NCBI GenBank assembly: GCA_963677485.1
Contig: OY781964.1
Span: 3,904,001-3,968,000, forward strand
Length of the DNA: 64,000 bases
Origin: Armatimonadota bacterium
Lineage (GTDB): Bacteria; Armatimonadota; HRBIN16
Direction: 5' to 3'
Below are positions 45,935 to 56,461 of the stretch, in pieces (position 1 is the first letter of the stretch; each line of letters opens with the position of its first letter). Position numbers and translations under genes: made by a program. A model generated the notes under the pieces. It was not told the origin of the DNA and ran no database searches. It worked only from the letters and a program-made list of their open reading frames with translations.

Positions 45935-48900
45935 TTAATCTGTTAAGTGCAGAAGCTGGATAAGCTTCTTGGTGGCGGCTTCTGCTTGTGATGCGGATGC
46001 GATGACAAACAACTCTTGCTCCACGTCTGAAATTGTTTGTCGTCCAGGTGACAGGTTTATTGTTTGGAGGTTCACCCACTTGCCTCCATCCACACGGCCA
46101 CGCAGCATGACATACCCTGCGTGAGAGACATCCATGGTGATCGTGCTGGTGCCCATCCCCATGGCTACCAGGCTGCCTGCGGCTGAGAGTGGCTTCGAAT
46201 CAAGGCTCATGACACCCAGTGCCCCTGCAGGGGTGAGCACACCAGCCGCAGTGGTGACAGCTCCATGGGTTAAGCAGGCCATCAACTGTTTACCCGGGTT
46301 CAACCGGGCGTAGAATGCCGCGTTCGCTTCGTCGCTGGCTTTGACCGCTCCTCCCTGGAAGGGCAGTGTTCGTGCCGGCTGGGAGTTGGAACGTGCTGTC
46401 CGCGTCACACCGAATAGACTGGTGTAGCCCAATTTTTCTGCCAGAGGCAGCACGTGGCTACCGGAGATGGCCGGGCCCCGTAAATTCACAGTGCTGAGCG
46501 CTTCGGCAGTCCATACCGGCTGGCGGGTATACAAACACTCTCCCTTGCCGGTTGGTGTACGATGGATACCTGTCAGCGGCCGTGCGGCTGTGGTGGTCAT
46601 TTTAACGGCTTCCCAACCGGGCTGCCATGGCTTAGCCGTCACACTTCCTGACGCCTTCACGCCACATAACTGCTGCATACGCTTGGACTGGGTGCGTTGG
46701 CGGTTGCTGTCATAAGCCATATCGGCGGATGTAAACAGCCGGCCACCTCTCTGCATGAAGCTTTGGAGGTAAGCCATGACAGGGTCAGAAATGACCATTG
46801 GGCAGGGGTAGATGATCACGTCAGGCTGCTCTTTGGCTTGGCTGAGGTGTTGGTCATCAACGGTGCAGAAGGGGATACCCGCTTCCATGAGCTGCCAGGC
46901 CTGCTGGTAGATAATCCGTGCGTAGGTTTCTTGCTCACCGCCACAGAGGTTATCTAGTGGTATCATCAGCCACACCTTTGGAAGCTTCGCAAGGGGCTTG
47001 ACACTGCGCACCAGCAAGGCCATATTGCGGTATATCCCTGCCATACTCTTCGGCACACCGATGTTCTGGCGTATCAGACCCCAGGGGAAGACCGCTTCCT
47101 CAATCTCTTTCCAGCTCCAGTTGCAGATAAAGGTTCCACCCGAGCCGAACAGATAGCATAGCCGTGTCAGATAATACTCGAGTTCCATCTTGTCGGAGAA
47201 CTGTCCATAGGTCCGGATGTTGTGGTCGGTGATGGAGCCAAATTCACCTACGGTGAGACCTTTTCCCGTAAACCGTCTGTCAAACATGCGGATATCGGCA
47301 CTGAATGTGTCGAGATCGGTGTAGCTGTGCATATTCGCGATATCGACCGGCTTAACGGCCTGCAGCTTGTTGCAGCCAATCAGCTCCTGGAGGAACCCAA
47401 TGAGTACCAGTCGGTTCGGATCGGCTTCTTTTATGCCTTTGGTGTTGATTTCACCCCAGGTGGTCATCATGAGGTTGCGATAGTTCTCCGCATCATGGCT
47501 GCGCATGTCTTCCCATCGCCCAGAACCCCGTCGATAGGGTATCTGCCCGATCGACGCTTCGGGCGGGGTGGTGATCCATACAGACTTTATAGCGGTGTCG
47601 GTCCGGTAGCGCATGCTCAGGTATTCATTCCAGCCTTTGGTGACATGCGGTTTAACGTCTGCTGATTTGTCGTCATGCAGGCTGATGGCGGGCTCATTCT
47701 GCACGTCGATCATGAATCCTGGCACGCTCTTATATCGCAGTGCGATCTTTTTCGCGAACTGATACTCAAGCTGAAGGTCCGACGGTGACAGGTCTTGATC
47801 TACCCAGTCATGGATGCTCAACAGCAGCACGATGCCATGTCTTTGGCAAAGCTGCAGTAAGGCATCCAGTTTGGACATCACCCAGTCCGGGTTGCCCTGT
47901 TCCAGCGTGTAGCGTTCGCCTTTTTCGTTCTGCTGTGGGAAGAAGTGCAGCACACGCATGATGCTCAGTCCATAATCGGCCATCTTTTGCAGGTCATGAT
48001 CCCAGGTCCATGGGTTCTCCTTGCCCGCATTGAACACCATGCCGGTTTGGTTGGTGCCAATTGCCAACACCGGACGGTTACCTTTATGAAGCAGGTTGTC
48101 CTTCCACTTTGCGGCGAAGGCGTTTGGGCTGACTGGCTGCTTGATGCACACACCGGTGGTCAGTTCCTGAACAAGCTGCTTGTTGACGATTAGCTCGCAG
48201 TAGATACGCACCAGGTCGGTATTGATGGGCAGTTTTACGCTCCACTTGAGCGTGGTTTGTGGCTGCCTGTCCTTAGGCAGCGTCATCACACTGTTCAGCA
48301 GCGTGACACCTTCTCTGGTCGTTACCGTGATCTTCAGCGATGCCTCGGTATCGGGCTTGCTGAACTGCCCGACGACGGCTGTGATTGCAGCGGTTGACCC
48401 GCCTGTGTAGATGGCTTTGTCTGTGGTGACGGATTGTATGCAGATGCGGTCACTAAAGCGCGCCACAATCTGCGGTATCAGGCTTTTAAAAGGTGATGCC
48501 TCGCCAAACAGATCGTGTGTCTGCAACCCTGTAAATGCCCAGACGCCGCCTTTGAAGGGACCGTCGAAATGCTGCACCACTCCAAGAGCATCTGCGCAGT
48601 AGCCTTGCACATTATTGGCTTTGACAAGGCTGACATACTGCGACTGTTGTTTGGAATAGACTGGGTTGTTGTCACCGAGCAGGCAACAAGAGGCAAATCC
48701 ACCGAATGCTGTGTCTGACCATTCTGTGCCGTCGATGTTCACCAGTTTGGAGGCTTTGAACCGCCATGTGGGGTCGAACAGACATACCTGATCAGGCGCT
48801 AATCCCATTGTGTCCGAGGGTACGCCTGAGCGGCCATTGAGTGGGGTAGGGTGACTGTTACTGGATGATATCTGAGCGGCGGTCACACCAGGCATTGATG

Positions 48901-49876
48901 GGATCAACATGCCTGCATCGTCGCGCGACGAGGGGGTGTCTAGAGTATATCCGCCCATGCACAGGAAGGCTCCCCCGCGCTTCAAGTAGCCTCGGATGGC
49001 CTCTTCCGCCCCAGCCGGGTAGATAGGGCCATATGGCATCACAAGCAAGGTGACTTCCGGTTGGGCCAATAAGCCGGGATCCGCCAACTGCTCTGCGCTG
49101 CACAATAGAGTGCCATACCCTTGCTCGGTCAATCGAGCGGCGATGAGGTGAGGGTCAGAATACCCCTTCTCAGCCGCGACATTGTCGGCGAAAATCACCG
49201 CCGACCCGTTTCGTCCGGCCGCACTGGCGGCCATCTGCGCCGGTTTGATCGAACTGCCTTCACGGTAATTCCACTTGCCTTGCGAGAATACCCAGGATTG
49301 GGAAGGGGCCTCGGTCTGGCGGACTTCAGACTTGCATAGCCAGCCTACATCGGCCACTTCGATCTGGCACGAAGACCCATTCAGTCCAATCATGATTCGG
49401 TTCACCGAGAGCATATTCGGCTTACCGTCGCCCCGTGGTTCGAAACTGAACGAGGTGAGCGGTACCATCACCCGCTGCCATTCACCGATTGGCTGACTAC
49501 TGAGGTTACCCCGGTCAAACTTCACCGTTGCCAGATGACCATCTCCATCGGCCTCCATCATCCACATGAACTGCATCACACCTGGTGTGACAGCCAGCGG
49601 CTTGACGGCCAGAGTGATGGCGATGGCGGCTGGAGGGATGTTAGCCATGCAGACGCAGTTGCTCCATGGCTTCTGAGCATCGTACATAATGTTGAGTGAT
49701 GGCCCCCATGGGGATTCCTCGCCTTGTTTGAGTACCGCAAATCCGGCATCCTCATTGATGCGCCATTGGCTTACGTCCATTCTAACTGCCGTAAACGGCA
49801 TGGATGGTCTGTCTGTAGATGCTTTTTGCTGCACGGGTGGCCTCCAAATGATGGTGTTCGTTACAGAATAGTTCAC
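45935..49876 (-). CDS. Large multidomain clan GH-A glycoside hydrolase (GH5/GH42-like) with N-terminal CBM-like domain
   Basis: Acid/base motif DVQNEP, NMHSY, nucleophile motif TVGEFG. N-terminal WQRVMVPLTSF CBM11-like segment; GATase-like trimerisation segments. Start uncertain. Confidence 0.7.
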   Translation of the reverse strand: MNYSVTNTIIWRPPVQQKASTDRPSMPFTAVRMDVSQWRINEDAGFAVLKQGEESPWGPSLNIMYDAQKPWSNCVCMANIPPAAIAITLAVKPLAVTPGVMQFMWMMEADGDGHLATVKFDRGNLSSQPIGEWQRVMVPLTSFSFEPRGDGKPNMLSVNRIMIGLNGSSCQIEVADVGWLCKSEVRQTEAPSQSWVFSQGKWNYREGSSIKPAQMAASAAGRNGSAVIFADNVAAEKGYSDPHLIAARLTEQGYGTLLCSAEQLADPGLLAQPEVTLLVMPYGPIYPAGAEEAIRGYLKRGGAFLCMGGYTLDTPSSRDDAGMLIPSMPGVTAAQISSSNSHPTPLNGRSGVPSDTMGLAPDQVCLFDPTWRFKASKLVNIDGTEWSDTAFGGFASCCLLGDNNPVYSKQQSQYVSLVKANNVQGYCADALGVVQHFDGPFKGGVWAFTGLQTHDLFGEASPFKSLIPQIVARFSDRICIQSVTTDKAIYTGGSTAAITAVVGQFSKPDTEASLKITVTTREGVTLLNSVMTLPKDRQPQTTLKWSVKLPINTDLVRIYCELIVNKQLVQELTTGVCIKQPVSPNAFAAKWKDNLLHKGNRPVLAIGTNQTGMVFNAGKENPWTWDHDLQKMADYGLSIMRVLHFFPQQNEKGERYTLEQGNPDWVMSKLDALLQLCQRHGIVLLLSIHDWVDQDLSPSDLQLEYQFAKKIALRYKSVPGFMIDVQNEPAISLHDDKSADVKPHVTKGWNEYLSMRYRTDTAIKSVWITTPPEASIGQIPYRRGSGRWEDMRSHDAENYRNLMMTTWGEINTKGIKEADPNRLVLIGFLQELIGCNKLQAVKPVDIANMHSYTDLDTFSADIRMFDRRFTGKGLTVGEFGSITDHNIRTYGQFSDKMELEYYLTRLCYLFGSGGTFICNWSWKEIEEAVFPWGLIRQNIGVPKSMAGIYRNMALLVRSVKPLAKLPKVWLMIPLDNLCGGEQETYARIIYQQAWQLMEAGIPFCTVDDQHLSQAKEQPDVIIYPCPMVISDPVMAYLQSFMQRGGRLFTSADMAYDSNRQRTQSKRMQQLCGVKASGSVTAKPWQPGWEAVKMTTTAARPLTGIHRTPTGKGECLYTRQPVWTAEALSTVNLRGPAISGSHVLPLAEKLGYTSLFGVTRTARSNSQPARTLPFQGGAVKASDEANAAFYARLNPGKQLMACLTHGAVTTAAGVLTPAGALGVMSLDSKPLSAAGSLVAMGMGTSTITMDVSHAGYVMLRGRVDGGKWVNLQTINLSPGRQTISDVEQELFVIASASQAEAATKKLIQLLHLTD

Positions 49877-49998
49877 CAGTAAGCCACATGATCCCTACCT
49901 ACGGTAGCAACCATGTCTTATACATCAAAATACGAAACCCCTCGCAGGATATCTCCATTGAGGGGCGTAAAGGGCGGTCAATATCGCAACTGGTTGCG

Positions 49999-51117
49999 TT
50001 ACTTCTTTTTCTTACCCAGGAACTTGTCGATGAAACTGGGTTCCATATCGGCGATGGTATCTGTGTCCTCACCTAGCGAAGCGGCCAGTTGACGCAGGAT
50101 GATTCGTTGCTGCTCATTCAGCTTTTTAGGAACATCCACATTCATCACCACCATCAGGTTGCCGGCTCCACCGTTTTGGCGGGGTAACCCTTTGCCTGCG
50201 ATACGGAAGACCGTACCGGGCTGGGTTCCTGCGGGGATTTCTATGTTGTGCTCATCAAGAAGGGTCTTGATGACTGTTGTGCCGCCCAAAGACGCTTTAG
50301 CATAGCTAATGTTGGCGTTGGTGCTGAGGTCAAATCCTTCTCGGTGGAACCGCTCGTGCGGCTTGATATGAAAGACGATATACAGGTCGCCCGGTTGGCC
50401 ACCTCGTATGGCATGATCGCCTTCACCGGGAACCTCCATGTAGTTGCCTTCATCAACACCAAATGGCACCGTGATCGCCTTGTTAGAGACCTGTCGGATA
50501 GTGCCTTCGCTTCGGCACTTCTTGCACGGGTGCTCCACGATGCGGCCTTCGCCTCTACATCGTGAACAAGTGGTGGCGACACTAATGGTGCCCAGGATGG
50601 TCTGCTGACCTTTGCGCACACGCCCGCTGCCGCGGCACTCCGGGCAGATAGACGGTTCAGCACCGCCCTCAGAACCTGTACCGGCGCAGGCTTCGCAAGG
50701 CATTCGACGGGCAAACTCCACCGAACGCGGCGCATTGGTAGCGATCTCTTCAAGTGTAACTTCCACATCAACGCGGATGTCGCTGCCGCGGTTGTTGCGG
50801 TTAGATCGTCCGCCACCGCCGCCGCCACCGAAGAACATATCGAAGATATCAAATGGGTTACTGAAGTCAAACCCGAAATCAGATGCCGATCCGCTTGTGG
50901 TGCCGTATCGGTCATACTGAGAGCGCTTATCGGGTGTGCTCAGCACCTCATAGGCCTCATTGATCTGCTTGAACATATCCTCAGCTTGAGGGTTATCTGG
51001 GTTGCGATCAGGGTGATACTGCATCGCCAGCCGACGATAGGCCTTTTTGATGTCATCTACAGAGGCGTCTCTATTGACCCCTAATAGCTCGTAATAATCT
51101 ACTTGTTGTGCAGGCAT
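49999..51117 (-). CDS. dnaJ: Chaperone DnaJ
   Basis: J domain with HPD, G/F-rich region, four CxxCxGxG-type repeats, C-terminal domain. Confidence 0.97.
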   Translation of the reverse strand: MPAQQVDYYELLGVNRDASVDDIKKAYRRLAMQYHPDRNPDNPQAEDMFKQINEAYEVLSTPDKRSQYDRYGTTSGSASDFGFDFSNPFDIFDMFFGGGGGGGRSNRNNRGSDIRVDVEVTLEEIATNAPRSVEFARRMPCEACAGTGSEGGAEPSICPECRGSGRVRKGQQTILGTISVATTCSRCRGEGRIVEHPCKKCRSEGTIRQVSNKAITVPFGVDEGNYMEVPGEGDHAIRGGQPGDLYIVFHIKPHERFHREGFDLSTNANISYAKASLGGTTVIKTLLDEHNIEIPAGTQPGTVFRIAGKGLPRQNGGAGNLMVVMNVDVPKKLNEQQRIILRQLAASLGEDTDTIADMEPSFIDKFLGKKKK

Positions 51118-51132
51118 GTCGGTATTGTTGGC

Positions 51133-51696
51133 CTAACTCTGTTCCTCATCGATGACATCCGGTATCTCCGTGTCGCCATCAATCTCGTCTGCATCTTCGA
51201 TGCTTTCGTCGTCAGCCTCATCAAGTGAGATAGGCTGGTTCAGCTCTTCACGGATTTTCGCTAACGCTTTGTCCAGCATGCCCGCATTGAACTCAGAAGG
51301 CGGCAGCATGGCATCGGGGTTCTCCATGTCCGCAGCAGCGGCGGCGGCGGCAGCCTCTTCAGTCGATAACAGCTCCATCGTATTGATGATGTCTGCTGCT
51401 TCCTGACTGTGGATTTCTGCGGCCAGTGCGGCTTCGCTTTCGCGGAGTGCTTGCTGCTGAACGTGGTAGTCCGGATAGGCCTCGGGCGGAAGTACTTGCA
51501 CCTCTTTGAGTGTGGGCACGATTCGGCCTGCGGCAATCTCTTCTAGTGCCACGGTCAGACTGTTGTTGGAATCAGTCTTTATTAGAGCTTTTCGTTCGAT
51601 GCCTTGCTCATGTAGCTGGCGCGCGCGCTTTGCAGCGGCGATGACCAACGCATAGGCGTTGAACTTAGCCAGATCATCGGCTTTGGGTAGTATCAT
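51133..51696 (-). CDS. rpoZ: RNA polymerase omega subunit with long acidic C-terminal extension
   Basis: NAYALVIAAAKRARQL and LTVALEEIAAGRI omega motifs. Start at MILPKADDL after AAGGGAG. Confidence 0.85.
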   Translation of the reverse strand: MILPKADDLAKFNAYALVIAAAKRARQLHEQGIERKALIKTDSNNSLTVALEEIAAGRIVPTLKEVQVLPPEAYPDYHVQQQALRESEAALAAEIHSQEAADIINTMELLSTEEAAAAAAAADMENPDAMLPPSEFNAGMLDKALAKIREELNQPISLDEADDESIEDADEIDGDTEIPDVIDEEQS

Positions 51697-51753
51697 TTTG
51701 GGGCGCTCTCCCTTCGGAATCACATCATATCGGCAATAGTATGCCGAATTATC

Positions 51754-51762
51754 ATTATACCA
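51754..51762 (-). promoter_or_regulatory. Extended -10 promoter upstream of rpoZ-dnaJ
   Basis: Minus strand TGgTATAAT, ~60 nt upstream of the rpoZ start. Confidence 0.55.
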
Positions 51763-51849
51763 AAAATCGCTTAATGAGGCCTTTTTTGTGCTTGAGTGAG
51801 GGTCGGAGTGCCGGCTGGGCACTCCGAATTTGTGTGGGTATAGATCAGC

Positions 51850-53064
51850 TTATTCGTAGCGAAGTGCGTCGATAGGGTCGAGATATGCCGCTTTGCGAGC
51901 GGGGTATAATCCGAAGAATACTCCGACGAACGCTGCGAACGAGAATGACACGATCACCGATGGAATGGAGACTGTCACAATCCACCCCGATAGACGGGCC
52001 ACCAGCATAGAGCCCAGAACACCGAAGGCAACACCCAATAGACCGCCCATCAAGGAAAGCACCAGGCTCTCGATGAGGAACTGCAGCATGATGTCTTTTC
52101 GCTGTGCCCCCAAGGCTTTTCGGATGCCGATCTCGCGTGTCCGCTCGGTCACAGAGACCAGCATGATATTCATGATGCCGATGCCACCCACCAGCAATGA
52201 CACGCTGGCAATGCCTGCAAGCAACAGAGTGAATACACGGCTGGTTTCCGCAGCAACCTCCATGATGTCAGCTTGGTTACGGATGATGAAGTCATCCTGT
52301 CCGTCTTTAATCCTGTGTGTTTTACGCAGAACGGCTGCGGACTCTTCGAGTGCGACGTTCATGAGATCCATGCTCTTAGCTTGTACGCTGAAGCTTCGGA
52401 GGTATTTTGTGCCAAACAACCTGGTCATCGCGGTAGTAGCCGGAACCATGATCTGGTCATCCGGGTCGTTGAACCCACCTGCGTTGCCTTTGGCTGCCAT
52501 CAGCCCAACGACCTTGAATCTTGTGCCCTGAATGGTGATATACTCACCGACGGGTTGTGCGGTGCCGAACAGGTTCATGGCAGTGGTGGCACACAGCACG
52601 GCTACTTTTTGGTTGGACCGGACATCGCCGTAGGTGATGAACCGGCCTGCAGCCAGGCTGTAGTTGCGGACAGATGGGTAATCTGGATAGGTTCCGAATA
52701 TGGTGGTATTTGTGTTCAGACTCTTGTGCTTGACCTGCATATTCGACCGTGCTTCAGGAACTACCGTTTGAACGGACGGACATTGTTTGATTATCGCATC
52801 GACATCATCCAGCGTCAGCGTTTGACGGCTGCCGTATCCACCCATCACTGCCCCAGTCCGTGCCTGGCCTGACATCACCACTAAAACGTTGGTGCCCATC
52901 TGCTGGATGCGCTGCATGGTTTGTTGTTGAGCACCACCCGCGATGGCTAGCATGGCAATGACTGCGCCTACACCGATGATCACGCCCAGCATGGTGAGGG
53001 CTGCTCGTAGTTTGTTTGCTAATAACCCTTCAAGGGCGACGGAGATACTCTCTTGAAAGCTCAT
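51850..53064 (-). CDS. MacB-family ABC transporter permease
   Basis: [61 protein letters not shown]. Confidence 0.95.
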   Translation of the reverse strand: MSFQESISVALEGLLANKLRAALTMLGVIIGVGAVIAMLAIAGGAQQQTMQRIQQMGTNVLVVMSGQARTGAVMGGYGSRQTLTLDDVDAIIKQCPSVQTVVPEARSNMQVKHKSLNTNTTIFGTYPDYPSVRNYSLAAGRFITYGDVRSNQKVAVLCATTAMNLFGTAQPVGEYITIQGTRFKVVGLMAAKGNAGGFNDPDDQIMVPATTAMTRLFGTKYLRSFSVQAKSMDLMNVALEESAAVLRKTHRIKDGQDDFIIRNQADIMEVAAETSRVFTLLLAGIASVSLLVGGIGIMNIMLVSVTERTREIGIRKALGAQRKDIMLQFLIESLVLSLMGGLLGVAFGVLGSMLVARLSGWIVTVSIPSVIVSFSFAAFVGVFFGLYPARKAAYLDPIDALRYE

Positions 53065-53831
53065 TCGTCATCCTCCGGCTTAAGTTTCAACAGCTCCGCG
53101 CGCGCATCGATGGGGGTGGCCACTGGTTCATCAGACACGATGTGGCCATCACGGAACCTGATGATGCGCTGAGTATGAGCTGCGATGTCCTCTTCATGGG
53201 TGACGATGATGACCGTCTTACCTTCCTTGTGAAGCTCTTGAAACAGCATCATGATTTCTTCACTGGTGCGTGTATCAAGGTTGCCAGTGGGCTCGTCACC
53301 GAGGATGATGGGTGGCTGATTCACCAGAGCACGTGCGATGGCTACTCGTTGCTGCTGCCCTCCAGATAGCTCATTTGGCTTATGGTGTATGCGGTCGGCT
53401 AACCCCACACGCTGTAGAGCAATGGTGGCTGCTTCTTCTGCATCACCATGGAACTCGGAGTTGTAGAGCATTGGCAGCATGACTTGACGAATGGCAGGCC
53501 GGCGAGGGATCAGGTTAAATGTTTGAAATACGAATCCGATCTTTCGGTTGCGGATAATAGCCAGCTCATCGTCATCAAGATCAGCAACCTCCTCACCATC
53601 AAGTGTGTATGTGCCTTGAGTCGGTCGGTCAAGACACCCGATGATATTCATGAAGGTGGACTTTCCTGAGCCTGAAGGGCCCATGATTGCCACAAACTCA
53701 CCGGCATTGACGCTCAGCGACACTCCACGCAAGGCGTGTACAGAGACGTCACCTGTCTGGTAGCTCTTTACAACATTGAGGGCTGAAACTACCTGACGGA
53801 CACTTGATGCCCCAGTATTAACGGCCTCCAC
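53061..53831 (-). CDS. MacB/LolD-family ABC ATP-binding protein
   Basis: Walker [10 protein letters not shown], signature [26 protein letters not shown] start after GGAGG inferred. Confidence 0.95.
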   Translation of the reverse strand: MEAVNTGASSVRQVVSALNVVKSYQTGDVSVHALRGVSLSVNAGEFVAIMGPSGSGKSTFMNIIGCLDRPTQGTYTLDGEEVADLDDDELAIIRNRKIGFVFQTFNLIPRRPAIRQVMLPMLYNSEFHGDAEEAATIALQRVGLADRIHHKPNELSGGQQQRVAIARALVNQPPIILGDEPTGNLDTRTSEEIMMLFQELHKEGKTVIIVTHEEDIAAHTQRIIRFRDGHIVSDEPVATPIDARAELLKLKPEDDE

Positions 53832-55554
53832 GTCTGCCTCCACCGCCGCCCATACCGCCAGGTCCACCCATTCCGCCTCCACCAGGACCGCCCATGGCAC
53901 CTGGTTGCTGCACGCCCGCAGCCGGTTGGGTACTCTTCATTTCGATAATGGCGGTGATGACCACGTCACCCCGTTTCAGGCCAGACTTGATCTCAGTGGT
54001 GTCGGGGCCAGATAAGCCTGTGACGACCTTCTTTACAACTTGTTTCCCGTCCTGCATGACGGTGACAGTCGAACCGCCTCTACCCTCTTTAACTGCTTCG
54101 TTAGGCACGGTGAGCACATCATTCGCTTCGGCGACGACGAAGTCGCATGTGACATTCATTCCTGGCTTATACCGGATGTCCGTCTTTGAGAGTTCTACCG
54201 TCACGGGAATGGTGGTCACGCTTTGATTCGCAACAGATTGCGGGGCGATCTTAGTGACCTTACCAGCGATGGGCTGATCAGAGTAGGCCTCTATCGTCAC
54301 CATGACCTTCTGGCCTATGTGGATGGTGGCTATATCCGTCTCGTCGACACTGACTAAAGCGAACATTCGGCTGATGTCTGCGATATCGACGATCCCGACG
54401 CCTGCACCAGACCCAGCCAGTGAGCTGCGTCCTGCATTGACTATGGATCCAACCTCTACATATTTCATCGTGACCACGCCAGAGGAAGGCGCCACGACGG
54501 TGGTGTAACCCAGTTGAATCTTGCTGTTCTTGAGAGCCGCTTCAGAACGCTTCACTTGAGCGTTTGCTTGAACGATATCGCCCTGGCGGATCTTATTCTG
54601 CTTGACAGCCGCGAGAGCGTTGAGCAGCGTCGCTTCAGCTTGCTTCACATTGGCGCGGGCTGTTTTCAGTTGCTGCTGTTTGATCTTGTCTTGAACAGCG
54701 TTTAGTTTGGCACTCTTCAAGTCTTCCTTAGCCTGCTGTACGCGGGAATCAGCATTGCGTAGATCAATATCCGTTTGACCCTGGATGGTGTCCAGTTTTC
54801 GTTGAGCACTTTCTAGCTGTGCCTGCGCGACAGTGTTGCGCTCTTCAGCAGCCTCAACCACATTTTTGGCCACGAACCCTTTAGCAAAAAGTGCTTTTTG
54901 ACGTTGGATGTCCAGCTCTGCTGTTTTAGCTGAAGCCACCGCTTGATCATAACTCGACTGTGCGTTTACCACTGCTTGAGGGTTCAGCGCCGTTTTAGTT
55001 TGATCGTAAGTTGCCATGGCACTATCATAGGCACTTTGCGCCTTGTTGATGCTAGCTTGAGTCAGAGAAGGTTGGACCTGAGCTTCATCAGTTGCCTGAG
55101 CAAGCTGCGCTTTAGCGGAAGCCAGCCCTTCACGTGCGGCGGTAATGCCCGTATTACTCTGGACACCCGTGATGCTGAGCTGCTCACGCGCTTGGTCCAC
55201 TTTGGACATAGATGCCGCCATATCGGCTTGGCTCTGATCGTATGCCGTCTGGGTATCTGTGGGGTCGATTTTGGCGATCAGCTGTCCTGCTTTCACGATG
55301 TCACCTTCGTCAACGAGCAGAGAGGTCACTTGTCCACCCACGTTCGACTTCAACTGCACCGTGGTGAGCGGTTGGAGAACACCATTAGCTGAGACCGTTG
55401 CCGTAACAGATCCTCGTCTCACCTTGGCGGTCTTGATGATGACATCTGCTTGTTTACTGACCCACGGTTTCCAGACCAGCAAAGCGATGATCAATGCCCC
55501 TAATCCCACCATGACCCAGAGACGCGACCGAGCCTTAACACGTTTTTTGTTCAT
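53818..55554 (-). CDS. MacA-like periplasmic adaptor with very long alpha-hairpin and Gly-rich tail
   Basis: N-terminal [19 protein letters not shown] and VVAPSSGVV lipoyl halves, KPGMNVTC. Operon with the MacB-type ABC genes. Confidence 0.92.
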   Translation of the reverse strand: MNKKRVKARSRLWVMVGLGALIIALLVWKPWVSKQADVIIKTAKVRRGSVTATVSANGVLQPLTTVQLKSNVGGQVTSLLVDEGDIVKAGQLIAKIDPTDTQTAYDQSQADMAASMSKVDQAREQLSITGVQSNTGITAAREGLASAKAQLAQATDEAQVQPSLTQASINKAQSAYDSAMATYDQTKTALNPQAVVNAQSSYDQAVASAKTAELDIQRQKALFAKGFVAKNVVEAAEERNTVAQAQLESAQRKLDTIQGQTDIDLRNADSRVQQAKEDLKSAKLNAVQDKIKQQQLKTARANVKQAEATLLNALAAVKQNKIRQGDIVQANAQVKRSEAALKNSKIQLGYTTVVAPSSGVVTMKYVEVGSIVNAGRSSLAGSGAGVGIVDIADISRMFALVSVDETDIATIHIGQKVMVTIEAYSDQPIAGKVTKIAPQSVANQSVTTIPVTVELSKTDIRYKPGMNVTCDFVVAEANDVLTVPNEAVKEGRGGSTVTVMQDGKQVVKKVVTGLSGPDTTEIKSGLKRGDVVITAIIEMKSTQPAAGVQQPGAMGGPGGGGMGGPGGMGGGGGRRGGR

Positions 55555-55691
55555 ATGTGCCTCCTATCGTCAACTACTTACATGTTCTTGGACGTATACA
55601 TATTCCAAAAGTTTACGAAAAGCTGGAAAATAAACAGGTAGTGTGAGACAAACAAGTGACTAGAAATACCAACATTCGGAGGAATAGTCTT

Positions 55692-56396
55692 ATGAATGAC
55701 CAGAATGTGCCAAGGAAACCAACCACGGACTTTGAGCTGCTTGATTCATCAATGCAGCGTAAGGACTTCACCAGTAGTGACACCTGGCGGGTCTTCAGGA
55801 TCATGAGCGAGTTCGTGCATGGATTTGAAGCCCTGTCACGGGTGGATAATGCGGTGGCGATGTTTGGGTCGGCTCGTTCGCTATCGAGCCATGCTCACTA
55901 TCAAGCGGCTTATGAGACTGCGAAGCTGCTCGGTCAGAAGGGCGTTGCGGTGATCACCGGTGGGGGACCGGGCATCATGGAGGCCGCCAATAAGGGTGTC
56001 AAAGAAGGTGGTGGCTTGAGCATAGGCTGCAACATCGAACTACCATTTGAGCAGCACGAAAACCCATATCTTGATATCAGCCTTGAGTTTCACTACTTCT
56101 TTGTGCGTAAAACTATGTTTTTGAAGTACGCTCATGCGTATATCATCTTCCCGGGCGGTTTCGGCACGCTTGATGAGTTGTTTGAATCGCTGGTGCTGGC
56201 CCAGACAGGAAAGCTGGAGAAATTCCGCGTGATCTTGTTTGACAGCAGCTATTGGGGCGGGCTGGTGGATTGGATTCGCACAACTATGCTTGCCCACCAC
56301 TATATCAAAGATGGCGACATGGACTTGTTTACTGTGGTGGACACCCCCCAGCAGGCAGCCGAACAGATATGTACGTTTTTGAAAGGTGATGACTAG
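55692..56396 (+). CDS. LOG family Rossmann-fold protein (TIGR00730-type nucleotide monophosphate nucleosidase)
   Basis: FGSAR, TGGGPGIMEAANKG, FFVRK, PGGFGTLDELFE. Confidence 0.93.
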   Translation: MNDQNVPRKPTTDFELLDSSMQRKDFTSSDTWRVFRIMSEFVHGFEALSRVDNAVAMFGSARSLSSHAHYQAAYETAKLLGQKGVAVITGGGPGIMEAANKGVKEGGGLSIGCNIELPFEQHENPYLDISLEFHYFFVRKTMFLKYAHAYIIFPGGFGTLDELFESLVLAQTGKLEKFRVILFDSSYWGGLVDWIRTTMLAHHYIKDGDMDLFTVVDTPQQAAEQICTFLKGDD

Positions 56397-56401
56397 CGAA
56401 C

Positions 56402-56426
56402 CGGTCGGATCCGAGCGGTCCGACCG
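56402..56426. other. GC-rich hairpin between convergent genes
   Basis: CGGTCGGA-N9-TCCGACCG. Confidence 0.5.
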
Positions 56427-56461
56427 ATGCTGTCTCGGGGATGCACCTTGTGGAGTGAAGG

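Noticed and set aside
50241-50915. 224-aa alternative-frame ORF within dnaJ
   Set aside because: Same-strand frame shadow of a conserved gene with no independent signals.
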